A stretch of DNA of 64,000 nucleotides from Octopus sinensis (taxonomy: Eukaryota): NCBI RefSeq assembly GCF_006345805.1, contig NC_043007.1:2418001-2482000 (forward strand), in the 5' to 3' direction. Of the stretch, positions 13,770 to 27,640 are shown piece after piece. The translations under genes and the position numbers were made by a program. The stretch's first letter is position 1, and each line of letters begins with the position of its first letter. Under the pieces are notes generated by a model. That model did not search any database. It saw only the letters and a program-made list of their open reading frames with translations, and was not told the DNA's origin.

Positions 13770-13985
13770 ACTTGTTATTTTGGGCCCTTGTACCGAGCCA
13801 CTAAATTACGGGGGGGGGGTAAATAGACCAAACCGGTTGGTCAGGCGGTGGTGGGGGACAAAGAAACAAGCATATACATATATACGCATATATATACGAA
13901 ATGCTTCCACACGGTTCCTTTCGACCAAATTCCCTAAGAAGATATTGGTCACCCCGGGAGATATAGTAGAAAGCAATTTCTAAAT
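13770..13985 (-). mobile_element. SINE family B partial, strongly diverged
   Basis: agtacttgttatttt ... ccgagccactaaattacgggg ... gatatagtagaaagca matches the B middle region. Confidence 0.55.
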
Positions 13986-14048
13986 CTAACTACGCGACCC
14001 CTTTTTTTTTCTTAAACCCGCATCTACACCCGTCCCAATAAATACTTA

Positions 14049-14456
14049 ATATTTTTTCTTCTCTCCCCTAGGTACAAGGCTCGAAACTTTTGGTGAGGAG
14101 GCCAGTCGATTAGATCGACCCCAGTACTCAACTGGTACTTAATTTATCGACGTCGAAAGGATGAAAGGCAAATTCGACCTTGGTGGAATTTGAGCGCAGA
14201 ACGTAAAAGAGAGACGAAATATCTAGTTCTTTATTGCTCACAGGGGTCTAAACATAGAGGGTACAAACAAGGATAGACAAAGGGATTAAGTCGAATACTT
14301 CATCCCCAGTGTGCAACTTGTAATTATTTAATCGACCCCGAAAGGATGAAAGGCACAGTCGACCATGGCGGAATTTGAACTCAGAACGTAACCGCAGACG
14401 AAACACCGTTAGCCATTTCGCCCGGCGTGCTAACGTTTCTGGCAGCTCGCCGCCTT
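14049..14456 (-). mobile_element. SINE family A heterodimer (two tail types) with a 14-bp TSD
   Basis: CCAATAAATA(C/T)TTA at 14035-14048 and 14457-14470. The 5' unit has tail caataaagaa and the 3' unit has tail type B. Junction aaagaacta|gatatttcgtc at ~14222. Confidence 0.9.
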
Positions 14457-14469
14457 CCAATAAATATTT

Positions 14470-15125
14470 AGTGATGTACTTTGTAACTGTTGTCAGGTAT
14501 TGAAACCTCCACTTGATGTCGCTACTTATACTTTTTCCCACAAGGCTATCGAAAGAGTTAAGGTTATCAACCCTGACATAGCTGCTACTCCTGGAAAGTT
14601 CTAAATCCAGCATCGCTAAATCTAGTCTCTCTTGAGTAAATTCTGGTAACGAGAAACAATGAATACGATTTATTCTTTTGCCCAAACTTATTGAAAACAT
14701 TCAACCCATACAAAATAGTTTTGATTGAAAAGTCTCTGTTCCTTTCCTGCCAATGAAAAAGAACAAAGAAACTCATTCAGTCACAGCCTTCAACTTACCG
14801 TTCTTAAGTCTATGCCCGTATATTACTTTACCATTTATTCTATCTTTTAATTTACTCACACTGTTACAATGTGAAAGCTTTTCTGGCAGTCGTTATAGCA
14901 TGTTGTTAATGTAAACATACATTAATCTAATTTATATTACGGGTTTTCACTGACTTACCGAAGTCATTTCCGTAGGTCTTTGAGTATGTGCAGTAATCTG
15001 TTTGGTTCCGTACCTTCTCTTGTACTGAAATTACTGTCTGTAGTGATGGGTCTCAGTCGATTCGGTGTTGGGGTTTCACTTTCTTGATCAACAGAATTAA
15101 TTGCTCTTGAATTGAGTACAGAAAC
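14470..15125 (-). mobile_element. Very old CR1/L2-like RT remnants
   Basis: PNRLRPITTDS resembles P.NYRPISLTS, and VGKSISSDIKWRFQYLTTVTK resembles LGVTISSDLKW..HI. Weak. Confidence 0.35.
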
Positions 15126-15141
15126 GCCTTGCATCCATATT

Positions 15142-15541
15142 TGATTCTTTACTACCCACAAGGGGCTAAACACAGAGAGGACAAACAAGGACAGACAAAC
15201 GGATTAAGTCGATTATATCCACCCCAGTGCGTAACTGGTACTTAATTTATCGACCCCGAAGGATGAAAGGCAAAGTCGACCTCAGCGGAATTTGAACTCA
15301 GAACGTAACGGTAGACGAAATGCCAATTTATTTACTACTCACAAGGGGCTAAACAGGACAGACAAACGGATTCAGTCGATTCCATCGTCCCCAGTGCGTA
15401 ACTAGTACTGAATTTATGGACCGGGAAAGGATGAAAGGCAAAGTGGACCTCGGCGGAATTTGAACTCAGAACGTAACGGCCGACGAAATACCGCTAAGCA
15501 TTCCTACCGGCGTGCTAACGATTCTGCCAGCTCGACGCCTT
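15142..15541 (-). mobile_element. SINE family A dimer with a 16-bp TSD
   Basis: GCCTTGCATCCATATT at 15126-15141 and 15542-15557. Junction aaataaatt|ggcatttcgtc at ~15324. Confidence 0.92.
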
Positions 15542-15759
15542 GCCTTGCATCCATATTATTAGGTAAATATAAAGAGAAGGCTGTATATTTTAAATTACAG
15601 GTACGATCTACCCAAACTTCGTTCAGTTCAATTTCCATCTGCCTAATTTCCCTCAAAACGAATGGATCACCCCAAACCGATAGAAAATGACGTTTTCTCT
15701 CATGCCGCACACATGTAATGAACTCGTTGCCTCGCGATTGCGAAGCGAGTATCTCGTTT

Positions 15760-16162
15760 ACCCTTTTATTTGTTTCAGTCATTTGACTGCGGTCGTGCTG
15801 GAGCACCGCCTTTGATCGAGCAACTCGACCCCAGGACTTATTCTTTTGTAAGCCCAGTACTTATTCTATCGGTATCTTTTGCCGATCCGCTAAGTTACGG
15901 GGACATAAACACACCAGCATCGGTTGTCAAGCGATGTTGGGGGGACAAAGACAGATACACAGACACACACACATACACACACACACACATACAAATATAT
16001 GACGGGCTTCTTTCAGTTTCCGTCTACCAAATCCCCTCAGAAGTCTTTGGTTGGCTCGAGGCTATAGTAGAAGACATTTGCCCAAGGTGCCACCCAGTGG
16101 GACTGAACCCGGAACCATGTGGTTCGTAAGCAAGCTACTTACCACACAGCCACTCCTGCGCC
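15760..16162 (-). mobile_element. SINE family B, full length
   Basis: Reverse complement of the 6088-6514 family. Confidence 0.92.
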
Positions 16163-16374
16163 TATGTTAAAAATTTGTACAAACGGCGCGTAAGGTATTT
16201 TGTGTAATATGTATACAATGTTAATATTACAACCATTTGAATGTAGTATATATTTGTGAACTTATGTACTTTTATGAATTCACCTGAAAGTGCATTAATC
16301 AACCCTGTGGCATTTAGTTTTTAATAAATGGTTTCTGTTTTCATAAAAAACAAAATTATTTTGGTTTCTTCTAC

Positions 16375-16640
16375 TTACGGGTCTTTAAATCTGGATATTT
16401 CCACTCGATATTTCTATTTCTAAATTCTCTATATTTGGATATTTTCTTCATATCTTTGAGAGTTAACAATAATAACAATATTTCTAGTGATAATATTTCT
16501 ATTAATGCAACTTTCTTCCTGGTTGCCTTTGCCTTGATCGCCATTTCTGTTCGTGTTAACCTACTCCAGTGTATAACATGACAATCCTTGAGAATTCTTC
16601 TGTGATACGCTTATGCAATATATTTAGCTATTTGTACATA
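16375..16640 (-). mobile_element. R4/Dong LINE endonuclease remnant (3' part of the split element ending near 21400)
   Basis: ILKDCHVIH...IKAKATRKKVALIEI...LKDMKKISKYRE/EIEIS has the same spacing as ILWDMPIH...PDIVVKD...LIDV...LKEMEKLSKYKDLEIEV. Confidence 0.5.
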
Positions 16641-16656
16641 ACTGTGTTCAATGATA

Positions 16657-18003
16657 AAGAGGATGGTCGGGCTAAATTTCATAAGTTGTTCTATATAAAA
16701 ATGAAGCACAGTATGAAATCTAAAATTAATATTATTTTTAAAGATAGAAGACGTTATTGCTGGGAAGATCTTCGAACACCTCTTTGCTTTTGGGGAACAA
16801 CTCGGCCCCGGTGTTACAGGTAGAGGGGTTGTTGTCTTTCTCAACCGCGCCCCAAACATAATAATCCATGGGATTAAAATCGAGGGAATTAGGAGACCAG
16901 AAGTTGGGGCTAGTGAAGTGGTAGAAATTCTCCGACAACCACTTCTGACTCTTTCCGGAAATATGACAAGGAGCCAAATTCTGCTACCACATATATGGCC
17001 TTGTAGCAACATTGATCTCCTGCTGGTATTGATCACAGCCTCCAGCAGCTTCACAAAGCCGTTTCGATTGAGCCTAAACTCCTGATCGAAGACGTGGTGT
17101 GCAATGACGTCACCTTCATAGGAGACACTTCCGAAGAACAACACAGTTCGATGGGAACTTGGTTTTCATGGTACGTGCGATTGTAGGCAAGCCACTTGTC
17201 CTGTATTGGGCAACTGGTTCTGGCAGACATTGTTTTTAAATTTTAAAATATTTTTTGTTTTTTTAATAATTGCTTTTGTAAAGTTTTTGTTGATCTTGTA
17301 AAATCTTTGAAAATAATTAAAAATTCACATTTTTGTCAAATTATTTTGTTCTATTTGTCTATCTATCCAACTGTAAGCATTTTAAATATTTCACTAACTT
17401 TTGATAAAAGGGTACATATTTTGCCAAAAGTTGCTAAATTTGTTCCCACAGTCTTCTTTATCCACAACCAGAATCGTTGAGAGTTTGACAGAGACAGATT
17501 TGGGAAGAAATATACAATTTTTCAATGTAACATCATTTGGTGACTTATAGAAATGAACCAGATCAGCAGGATGTCTCAGCTTGCTCAGAAACAATTTTTG
17601 ATTTCGTCAACTGCCTTTCCATGGCCTTGAGAGTCGGAATTCCGTTTCCCCTCGTTCACAAGTGCCAGCAAAGCTCCATATCCAGGGTAAGCTTTGTGAT
17701 AGCGACTACAACACCCATGTCTTTCCTCAAAGTCAGATCTTCCATCACCTTGTCCTGCAGTCGGATTAATTCGGGCGTGTAGATGCAGTCAGAACAACTG
17801 CTATGTGCTTTCCTGGTGGCCTCAGCTTTGTAGCTTCTGTTGCAGCTTCCAGTCCTATATGTCAGCATAAAATATTAAAGTTGTACTTAATCATGCATTT
17901 AATACTTATGCTCTCCAACACCATTGACTGTTCGACAAAAAGTCAAGTTGTTCCTAAAAAAAGAGACATAAATAATCGCCGGATTTATTCCGAGCACCCC
18001 ATG
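16657..18003 (-). mobile_element. maT (DD37D) Tc1/mariner-superfamily transposon, decayed, with a ~300-bp AT-rich insert at ~17230-17530
   Basis: MKTKFP, FGSVSYEG and PYMW*QNLAPCH...WSPNSLDFNPMDYYVWG are present. I count 37 residues between the second (D>N) and third catalytic Asp. N-terminal KLFLSKLRHP. TA at 16655-56 and 18004-05, with termini matching 14/24 in register. Confidence 0.8.
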
Positions 18004-18005
18004 TA

Positions 18006-19403
18006 TTGCGTTCCACTTTCGCTATCTCTGTCGTTGGCTCATGATTCCATCCTTCCAGAACTTTCCAGCCTTCTGGGCATTAAATGCTCTAAGTAGTTTT
18101 TACAGTCTTCCAAAGAATTGAAGTTCTTTCTCTGAAGAGAATTCTGTAGGGATCGAAATAAATGGTATTCAGAAATTGCAAAGTCACACGAGTACGGTGG
18201 TCGTGGTAGGCCATGCCAGCTGTTGGAATTTCAGTCCGGTCTCCAAGAGAATATGAGGTCTTATGTTGTCCTAAAGGAAGACGACACCCTTCCAGTTGGC
18301 CGAATCTCTACATTTTTCATCGACGCCATATTTAATCAGTCAGTCTGGGAACAATAGTTTTCTGATATCACCTTCTAATTTTGCGGAAGGATTCGTAACA
18401 TACGGTCCCCTACCAATCTCACTAGATGCATTAGCTCCTTCAGATACTAACCAGGTTTTGAAGTGATTAAAGCTGGTTCGTTTCGTTTTCTCCTGGTCAT
18501 TTTCACTCTATATTTGTGTAAACACTTTTCACCACACGTAGGCGTTCTTTTGAAAAATGGCTTGGTTTTTATTACATCCCAACGGAGAATCGCAGGCTGA
18601 AATGTAACCTATTAACTTTTTTCCGTTAAATTATGAAAGACCCAAACATAACCATTTACTTAGTCAAGTGTGTTTAAGTGATATTTAAAGCTAATTCATA
18701 TTAGATGTATGGAATCCATTTGCAATGCATCGTGTCGTGTGACAGAGATCCATTTTGATTAGCATTTCGATTTAGTCATCATCAACGACTGTAGGCCTGC
18801 CGGAATGTTCTTTCGGATGGAAATTTTCATGCTTAAACCTAACGGACTACTTTCAGACAGTCCTCTCAGCTATGGCTCTATCCCCATAAAATGCACACAT
18901 CTTGTTGCTGTTAGTACAGTGTCATTTCTCCTGCAGAAATAGAAGAACGTGGAATAATGAAAATATTTCTAATTCTCCCTTTAACTTAAAGCAGTAGAAA
19001 TAAACTATTCACACAGTAATTGTAGAGAAAGACCTGTTGAAATGTTATCTGTCACGGAATATACGTCATATGCTTTTGTAATGGGAAAAACGAAACCACT
19101 TGGTTAAACGCCGCCAGTTTTGAAGTGGTATAAACATTTGTTAAGGCGGCGAGCTGGCAGAAACGTTAGCATGCCGGGCGAAATGCTTAGCAGTATTTCG
19201 TCTGCGGCTATGTTCTGAGTTCAAATTTCGCCGAGGTCGACTTTGCCTTTCATCATTTCGGGATCAATAAATTAAGTACCAGTTACGCAATGGGGTCGAT
19301 GTAATCGAGTTAATCCGGTTGTCTGTCCTTGTTTGTCCTCTCTGTGTTTAGCTCCTTGTGGGTAGTAAAGAAATAGGTATAAACAGTTGTTCCAACCGAC
19401 TAA
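18006..19403 (-). mobile_element. mariner (DD34D) transposon, decayed and internally rearranged
   Basis: ERTV..RFKHENF..GRPTVVDDD (18730-18900); KGVVF.DNIRPH and PPYSCDFAISEYHLFRSLQNSL..KNFNSLEDCKNYL; AQKAGKFWKDGIM. TIR-like 5' end near 19400, interrupted by SINE A. Confidence 0.8.
19143..19375 (+). mobile_element. SINE family A monomer with a 16-bp TSD, inserted in the mariner 5' end
   Basis: GGTATAAACA(T/G)TTGTT at 19127-19142 and 19376-19391. Confidence 0.93.
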
Positions 19404-19409
19404 ATTCTT

Positions 19410-21395
19410 TCTTCCAATTCTCCAAATGTTTTGGAATTTCTCGTGTGGATTCTTCTTCGATACAATGTTTTAACACTTTTCGATGAAAAGCCTGTGACTT
19501 TGCGCGGCATTCATGAACCCTTAAGGCTTAACCACTGTTTCGGTTTTTCTTTTTCCATCTCCATCCTATGTCGAATTTTGATTATTGTCTATGGGAGGCT
19601 GTTTCTTGCCATTATTTTAACAACATATTCTTTCCTGCAATTTTTAGCTTACATTTTGTTTCACATTTACTGTGGTTCTAATTTCTCAACTCAGTGTAAT
19701 GTCATTCCCACCTCCATCTTGGTATTTATTGGAGATCTTTAGGACAGTAAACATATCTTGTTTTGTTCGTAACATATAGCTACGTTTATTAGTTTTCCAA
19801 TGTTATATCTTTAGATATGAATACTTGTGTGGACCTATATCAGATAAGCCCTCACGCCCTGTAATTGAGATAAATGTTATGATTCAATCTCAGGTTTGTG
19901 GTGGCGTTATTTAAAACTAGTCATTATATAATCAAATCGAATAACATAAAACTCCTACATAAATAATCGAGGTAAACATGGTCTATGTTCGATGTTGCGT
20001 TGATGCTTCTAAATACAACCATCAGAGTTTTTGTTTTCTATCAAATCTTGATATTTCATTTTTACATCCAATTGAAAATGTTATAACTACAGCATTTTAC
20101 GGGGACAGCTAGAAAAATGTCGTCAATTACCTTATTTTCTTTTATCACATAGCAATATTTTATATACCAGTCTAATGGATCTATAATATTCCTTCGCTAG
20201 AGGCTATGCAATTTAGGTATTTACCTCTTGTATTGTGTTAGATTGTTGATTTGTAATGCAGTTTATTGTAATTTTCTAATGTTTTTCTTTATCCAAAATG
20301 GTGGTAATGTTATTTATTAATCACCGCACCTCTTCAGTGTTGCTTTACCTTATTTTTCTTATCCGAATCTCATATAAGTCTCTCTGTTAAAACAGTGAAC
20401 TGTAATTGCCATGTTTCTACTTGCGTATCATCAACAGCATACACATGGCCATCCATATTGAAAAGATTGTCTTCCGGCACCATTGCTCTTTGAATTCAGT
20501 ACTGTTTAACTTATTCGTTAATGTTTTTACTGCCAAGCAGAAGATGAATCCCAAGATGGATCTCTTTGGAATATTATTCTTGTTGTTACAGATGGTGTTA
20601 TATTTCATAATTCTTTTTGTTTGTGTATACAGTCATATTGCCTACACCCTTGACGTATTCAATGTGTGAGATTATTACTTATTTCTTTACTACCCACAAG
20701 GGGCTAAACACAGAGAAGGACAAACAAGGACAAACAAGGACAGACAAACGGATTAAATCGATTATATCGACCCCAGTGCGTAACTGGTACTTATTTAATC
20801 GACGCCGAAAGGATAAAAGGCAAAGTCAACCTCGGCGGAATTTGAACTCAGAACATTGCGGCAGACGAAATACTACTGCTAAGCATTTCGCCCGGCCTGC
20901 TAACGATTCTACCAGCTCGCCGCCTTAAAAGAGATTATTACTAATATTACTAAAAATGTGAGATTATTACTAATATTTCCACGATCCAAGAGAAGAAAAC
21001 ACTGTCGAAAGACTTCAGATAGTTGTATATATTATATTCAAAATGCATTTTCTCCTGAATATCACTTGTTAAAAATGTATTGATCTGTAATTGATCTTCA
21101 CAGCCATATGAGCCACTCCAATTTATTCTGGAAATCGATGTGTTTTTGACCAGGTGCTCCGCAATATTACAGCAATTGAAGATTTGTAAGATGTTAGAAG
21201 AAGGTGCCGTCTAGATATTCTCTGAATGTTAAGACATGACAGAATAAAGGTATCTACGATGCCTCTCGAGGTAAAAGTATTTGTTACTGAGCTGTGTTTG
21301 CAGGCTTTAGCTTGTCTGATGGTTCCTCTGCCATTTATCGAAGAAAGTCTTCATAGACTGAATGACTCTGATAAGAAATGGTTCTAATTCAATAA
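19410..21395 (-). mobile_element. Ancient R4/Dong-clade LINE RT region
   Basis: Colinear remnants: GSYGCEDQLQIN...YLKSFDSVFFSWI (~20975-21140), FCLAVKTLTNKLNSTEF, LFNMDG..YA (YMDD equivalent), GKATLKR (~20340), WQETASH and GFMNAAQ (19480-19610). Confidence 0.65.
20680..20930 (-). mobile_element. SINE family A monomer with TSD
   Basis: GAGATTATTACT at 20668-20679 and 20931-20942. Confidence 0.9.
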
Positions 21396-21542
21396 TGTTG
21401 TCTGGGTTATTAGGGTATAGCTATGTTGTGTGGGTTATAAGGGTATAATTTTGTTGTCTGGGGTATTAGGGTATAGCTATGTTGTCTGGGTTATTAGGAT
21501 ATAGCTATGTTGTCTGGATTGTTAGGGTATAGCTATGTTGCC
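21395..21542. repeat. 28-bp minisatellite, ~5.3 copies
   Basis: Unit ATGTTGTCTGGGTTATTAGGGTATAGCT starting at 21395, 21423, 21451, 21479 and 21507. Confidence 0.9.
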
Positions 21543-23089
21543 TGCGCATCAAAGTTCAAAGGATTTTTTAGCTTCTCCTTCTAAAGATTTTCCAACTTGT
21601 CCAACAGTTTAATACTCTTTTACATTTGATGATTATGGGCAATTTTTAGCATTGGTCACCACATCCCTGCCTACGAATTTGACTTGTTCTGTCATATCTT
21701 GGCTCAATGTAAAGAATGAGAGTCTCACCTGCTCTAATGTGTTCATTTATACCTAAACCGACTTCTCAGTGGTTTGTAAAATCTGATAATTGGTGGTGAA
21801 TTATTGAGCACAGATCACCCCAGCAGCTTTAAAGAGCGAGAGCAGTGGCATGGGTATATATCTAAATGATGTTGGTTTACTTGCTCTTCTCGCTTAAAGG
21901 CATTAGCACAGTTCCATATGTATGCTGTCTGTCAGAGCAATGGTAGACCACCGAAAGGCTTTATTGTGCTGAGGTCTAATCACCAAGCAGTTGATCATGC
22001 TGTCAAAGGGCGGTGCCTAAACTACCTCAGTAACTTTGAAAGTGAGGTCATCTGAGATTCAACCACATTGATGTGACGAAACTCAAGGAGAAAAAAACAA
22101 AAAAACAAAAGATACAATTTTATTTCCCTCATGTGGACATCACTCATCCGCCCGGTTTTACACTAACCTCCAAAAAGTATGAATGATAGTGTGAGATAGT
22201 AAGAAGAGGAGAAATAATAGGGAGGTTTACAAGACAATGTCGAAAGCCTGTAGTTATACGACCGACAATATGGAAACAATGTTGTATAGTCTAGTCCGTA
22301 GAGTTCCCCTCATCAAAATCGTTTTTGATTTACTGAGGTAAATAAAAACTCCCAGATACCTCGGCAACGGTATTCTTCACACGTAATATAAGATGTATCA
22401 GGACTATTTGCTTATACCAATTCTTAGAACTGATCCACAGTTAGCAGTCATTCTTATGTAATTGTTGATGTTGATTGTCGTGTTTAACCTCAGCTCAGAC
22501 TAGATCGCTCAGACTTCTTTTCGAATATATTTCATTTATCTTTGTCGTGTCTGGGGAGCGATATTTTCTTTTTTTGTGCCTTATAATGTAACACACTCAC
22601 CGGTAAAATTTCCACTTTTTTCTTATTTTTTTTTATTGTCCTAAAATTTTCGTTGCGTCTTGCAACCTTTTCAATAGTTTTGACTCTGTCCGTTATTTAC
22701 GCTGCGTTTCCTTTTGTTTGTTTGTGCGCATGTGTGTGGGTCAGTGTGTGTGTCTGTGTGCCTATACATGCATGCATGTACGTATGTATGTGTGTGTGTT
22801 TATTTGTGTGTGTATGTATATATGTGTGTGTATGCATATGAATATATGTATGTATGTATGTATGTGCATGTGTATGTACATATCCTACATATTTATGTGC
22901 TTGCATGTCCGGGCTTGTGTATTTTCTATGTATGTGTGTGTGTGTGAGCATGTGTTTGTATATGTATGCACCTCGGTCTCCTTTTGTGTGCATGTCTGTG
23001 TTCGCCTTTTCGCAAGTATTACATTAGTCGAACTATTATTTTACGAAGGTGATGCTATGATGCCAGGGTGTTGTGACCACTATTTCTAG

Positions 23090-23350
23090 ACTTCAACATT
23101 ACTCGAAATGATATGTTGCAGTTTAGATATTATCCCTGCTGGATCGTTTACCGTTTCATTTCAACGCCTACAGTAAATCCTCTTCATCTACTTATCAGCG
23201 TACATAGGTGATTCATCAATATTGATTTCCAGCTTAAAAGAAAATGCCTCATTTTTAGAAGCAATTGTAATGAAATTGTGTACCATTCGTTCGCTTCTTA
23301 AGTGTATTAGATGTGCGAATGAATGGAAATGGCTTTAATCTTGCTGCAAG
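23090..23350 (-). mobile_element. Possible very old hAT (Buster-like) transposase remnant
   Basis: SNTLKKR...FSFKLEINIDES is a loose match to SN.TV.RRI...FSLQ.DES. Confidence 0.25.
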
Positions 23351-23759
23351 ACTGAGTTGTTCACTCCGCTTCTATTGACTTTACAACGCACGACAAAATT
23401 TATGACGCAATCACACGTGTAGTATGTTTGTTCAGCTCTTTTCTTTCATGCTAAATATACACAAGAAATGACACGAAACAATTTTTGTTTAATAACTGAA
23501 GCTTCCGGCATCGTGTGACATATAGCAAACAAATGAGACAAACTGCTGTAATTAATTACACATTTGTGTCCAGATAATCTCAAATGAATAATTATGGAAA
23601 TCACTCAGTGCCGAAGAAAAAATTATGGAACCATCAAAATAAATATAAATTATAATCAATACTTTGTTGCTTATATTCAGGCTTTCATACAGTTATTAAT
23701 TCTCTGAGGCAAAAACATCCCCAAGGACAGACAATAATCTCATGTAAGCTCCCTCTAAC

Positions 23760-23922
23760 TTACTCTTTTACTCTTTTACCCCAGGACATATTCTTTGTAA
23801 GCCAAGTATTTATTCTATCGGTCTCTTTTGCCGAACCGCTAAGTTACGGGGACATAAGCACATTAGCATCGGTTGTCAAGCGATGTTGGGGGGACAAACA
23901 CAGACACACAAACATATACATT

Positions 23923-23959
<37 letters not shown>

Positions 23960-24121
23960 GACGGGCTTCTTTCAGTTTCCGTCTACCAAATCCACTCACA
24001 AGGCTTTGGTCGGCTCGAGGCTATAGTAGAAGACACTTGCCCAAGGTGCCACGCAGTGGGACTGAATCCGGAACCATGTGGCTGGTAAGCAAGCTACTTA
24101 CCACACAGCCACTCCTACGCC
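23760..24121 (-). mobile_element. SINE family B with a deletion near the 3' end
   Basis: The tail tactcttttactctttt is joined directly to accccagga. Confidence 0.88.
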
Positions 24122-25577
24122 TATTTTCTACTTGAGAATAGAAAACAAATTCCTTTGCAGTATGGAAAAGTATCACCGACTATTGTCGAAAATTTCAACC
24201 ATAAATATAAAATTGGAAATAAGTCGCATTGTTTCCTCGCTAAGTCATTGAGTTCATATGTCTTTATTTTAAAAAAATCTTTAATAAAGATCTAACATTC
24301 ATAATACTATTTTTTTATCTGTCCTATGAGAAAAGTGTCCGGCATGTCAGTAAACACACGAGATGTTTGAGAAAAGGATTGCCATCCCCTCAATTCTTTC
24401 CTTTCCTACAATCCCATTTCTTAAACGAGTGGAAGAATTGGATTATTTTTTGTTGGTTATCATTTATTTATGTTTCATTAGAACAATACCAGATAGAAAT
24501 TTCCGATATAATCTCTTAGTCATTACAGATTCCTGATTAATTAATGTAAATCACTTTTAACCAATCATTCACACCCTACGATTTCTTTTCTTTGGCTCAT
24601 TGTAACCTTGCGTGCTGCTTAAGTATTTGTGACGGTTTTCGTGTGGCCTTTCTATTTATAAATCTCACTTCATTATAACCGATCCTTTACCGTTTTCTCA
24701 CAAACATAAACAACTGTTTTCACTTACCTTTGTTTTGTTGTACATTTTCTACTTCCGATGCCCTTCGTAGTCAGCTCGAAGATTTTGCCTTTATAGCTGT
24801 CCTGTTTGTTTATACTTACACCAATTCTTTCCTTCTTGATAAACGTTCCGTTCTCGAAAAGAATGGTTCGATTGGAAATTTAGCACACTAAACGATCATC
24901 CTTCTCTCTTCAAGTAGTGTCTACGAGCAGACACTTTTGATGAAAGTATCAGTGTTATGAAATATTTTCAAGTTGAATTTTAACCGTTTGTTCCTCTTAT
25001 TTAATTTATTCTCAACCACATAACCGTGGCTTTCGAAATCATTGCTGGCCCCAACCCTGAAGTTGAAATTATTACTATATTTTCGTCGTTGCTATCTTAT
25101 TTCAAGCAGTCTCCGATTAAGCAACTCTATCATCAAAATGCTATTACTATCCTGGCAAGATTTCAGGCGGTTTATGAAAGACACGGTCTGAAAATGGTTC
25201 TGTCACTTCTTTAGACGATAGTAAACGATTTGAGACAAATTTAAAGGATAGTGGGAACGCGGTGAGCGACCACGTAAAAGATACATAGAAGAGAGTCAGA
25301 AACACACTGGCAGTCATATTGTATGTAAGAAAATAAAATACCCCCCAAACACATTCACACACACAATCATGCACAATCACACACACATGTACACACACAC
25401 GCATATATATGTATACTTATATAATACCTATACATGTGTGTGTACTGGTGTACTTGAATTAATGTATTTCATATTATGTTATAGAAAACTGTTTCATCAC
25501 GCAAGAAGGTATAGTGTATTTTGAGGGAGAGCTGGCTGCCATTTCTATTATTATAACGCAGATGCTCTGCCATTGAT

Positions 25578-25854
25578 TTGTTTTTCTTTTGTGCCTTCTT
25601 GAGCCATGCCTGGCTCATAAGGGCCGGTTTCCCGGTTTCCTTGGCGTATAGGTTCGTCGCAGGTGAGCTGCAAGATGCAGGAGGAAAGAGTGAGAGAAAG
25701 TTGTGGCAAAAGAGTCAGCACAAGTTCGCCATTACCTTCTGCCGGAGCTGCGAGGTGTTTCGCTCATAAACCCACACATCACCCGGCATGAGATTCGAAC
25801 CGCGATTCCTCGACCGCGAGGTCCGCTGCTCTAACCACGAGGCCATGTGTCTCC
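25578..25854 (-). mobile_element. SINE family C, tail type X variant
   Basis: Head similar to 58180. Tail tatacgccaaggaaaccgggaaaccggccct..gagccaggcatggctc. Confidence 0.8.
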
Positions 25855-26924
25855 ACTATTGATTTATATATACAGCGTACGAAGTTCGACATAAGTGATT
25901 CAACAGATATAGCAATTGTAGGAGAACCATCTTTTTTTCTTATCTAACTTACGGTTATAAAAGAAATTTAGTTTTCGTTTTGAAATATTTAAATCATTAT
26001 ACATTGTTTTTTGCAAATTAAGTGCCTTTGCGCATCATCAAATGATTTTATTAGATTTATCGCTACATCTCTGGTATCTTGATTTATTATTAAAAAACGC
26101 CTCTATAAAATGTCTAATTCCTTAACCTATTGCACTTCTTATATTTAGCCCTTTTTCAGTGGTTCAAACATTTCCTTCTTTGTTTGAAATGAAATGAAAT
26201 TATTATTTAAAAAAAAAACGATCTCTCCTTCCCTGGAAATTATATGAATATCATAATATAAATATAAACTTTTTACTGCTGTCCTTTGCTACGCAGTTGA
26301 TTTATTTTTATTAAATTTGGCAGGTTTGTGATAAAAAATATCGAACAATGTTTTAAAAATATTGTTATATATTTATTAATATTTTCTAAAAACATCTGGA
26401 TCTTATTTTTTCGTAAAGCGATGAGTCTTCATAATAAAATAAAACTTTTCCATAGATTGTTAGTTATTACATTTTGATATTAATTTAGTGATATTGCTTT
26501 TTTTTCTTAAATTTACATAATTTACTCATAGAAGTTAGAGAGAACAAGTCTCTCGCTAAATGTCAGAACCTTGTTCTTAATATCAAATTTCAGGAATCAC
26601 GTTTTCGTATGTTTTCCGTTAGAACAATATAAATATAAATACATTTAACTGGCTCTACTCACTCGTACCACACGCACACACAAATGACATTCATACGCTT
26701 ATACAGCAAAAATCAATGCTGAAGACCGCATAGGTGGGTGAAAATTCTGTATATCTATATTAAGGCTACCGTTGATTTCATATTAAGCAATACCCCAAGA
26801 ATTATCAAGCCTGTCACATGGAGCATCGTTGTTCATCTCCAACTGGATTAAAGTGTTTTAATCCAAATTGGCGACAAATACCGATCCTCCATGTGATAGG
26901 TTTGATAATTCTTGTTTTAGCCTT

Positions 26925-27640
<716 letters not shown>

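Noticed and set aside
21395-21542. 28-bp repeats as a CRISPR array
   Set aside because: The units are contiguous with no spacers, there are no cas genes and the context is eukaryotic.
24728-24880. Minus-strand exon ending at AAG|GTAAGT
   Set aside because: There is no convincing acceptor before the in-frame stop. Similar lone donors at ~35390, 45787 and 54071 were also unsupported.
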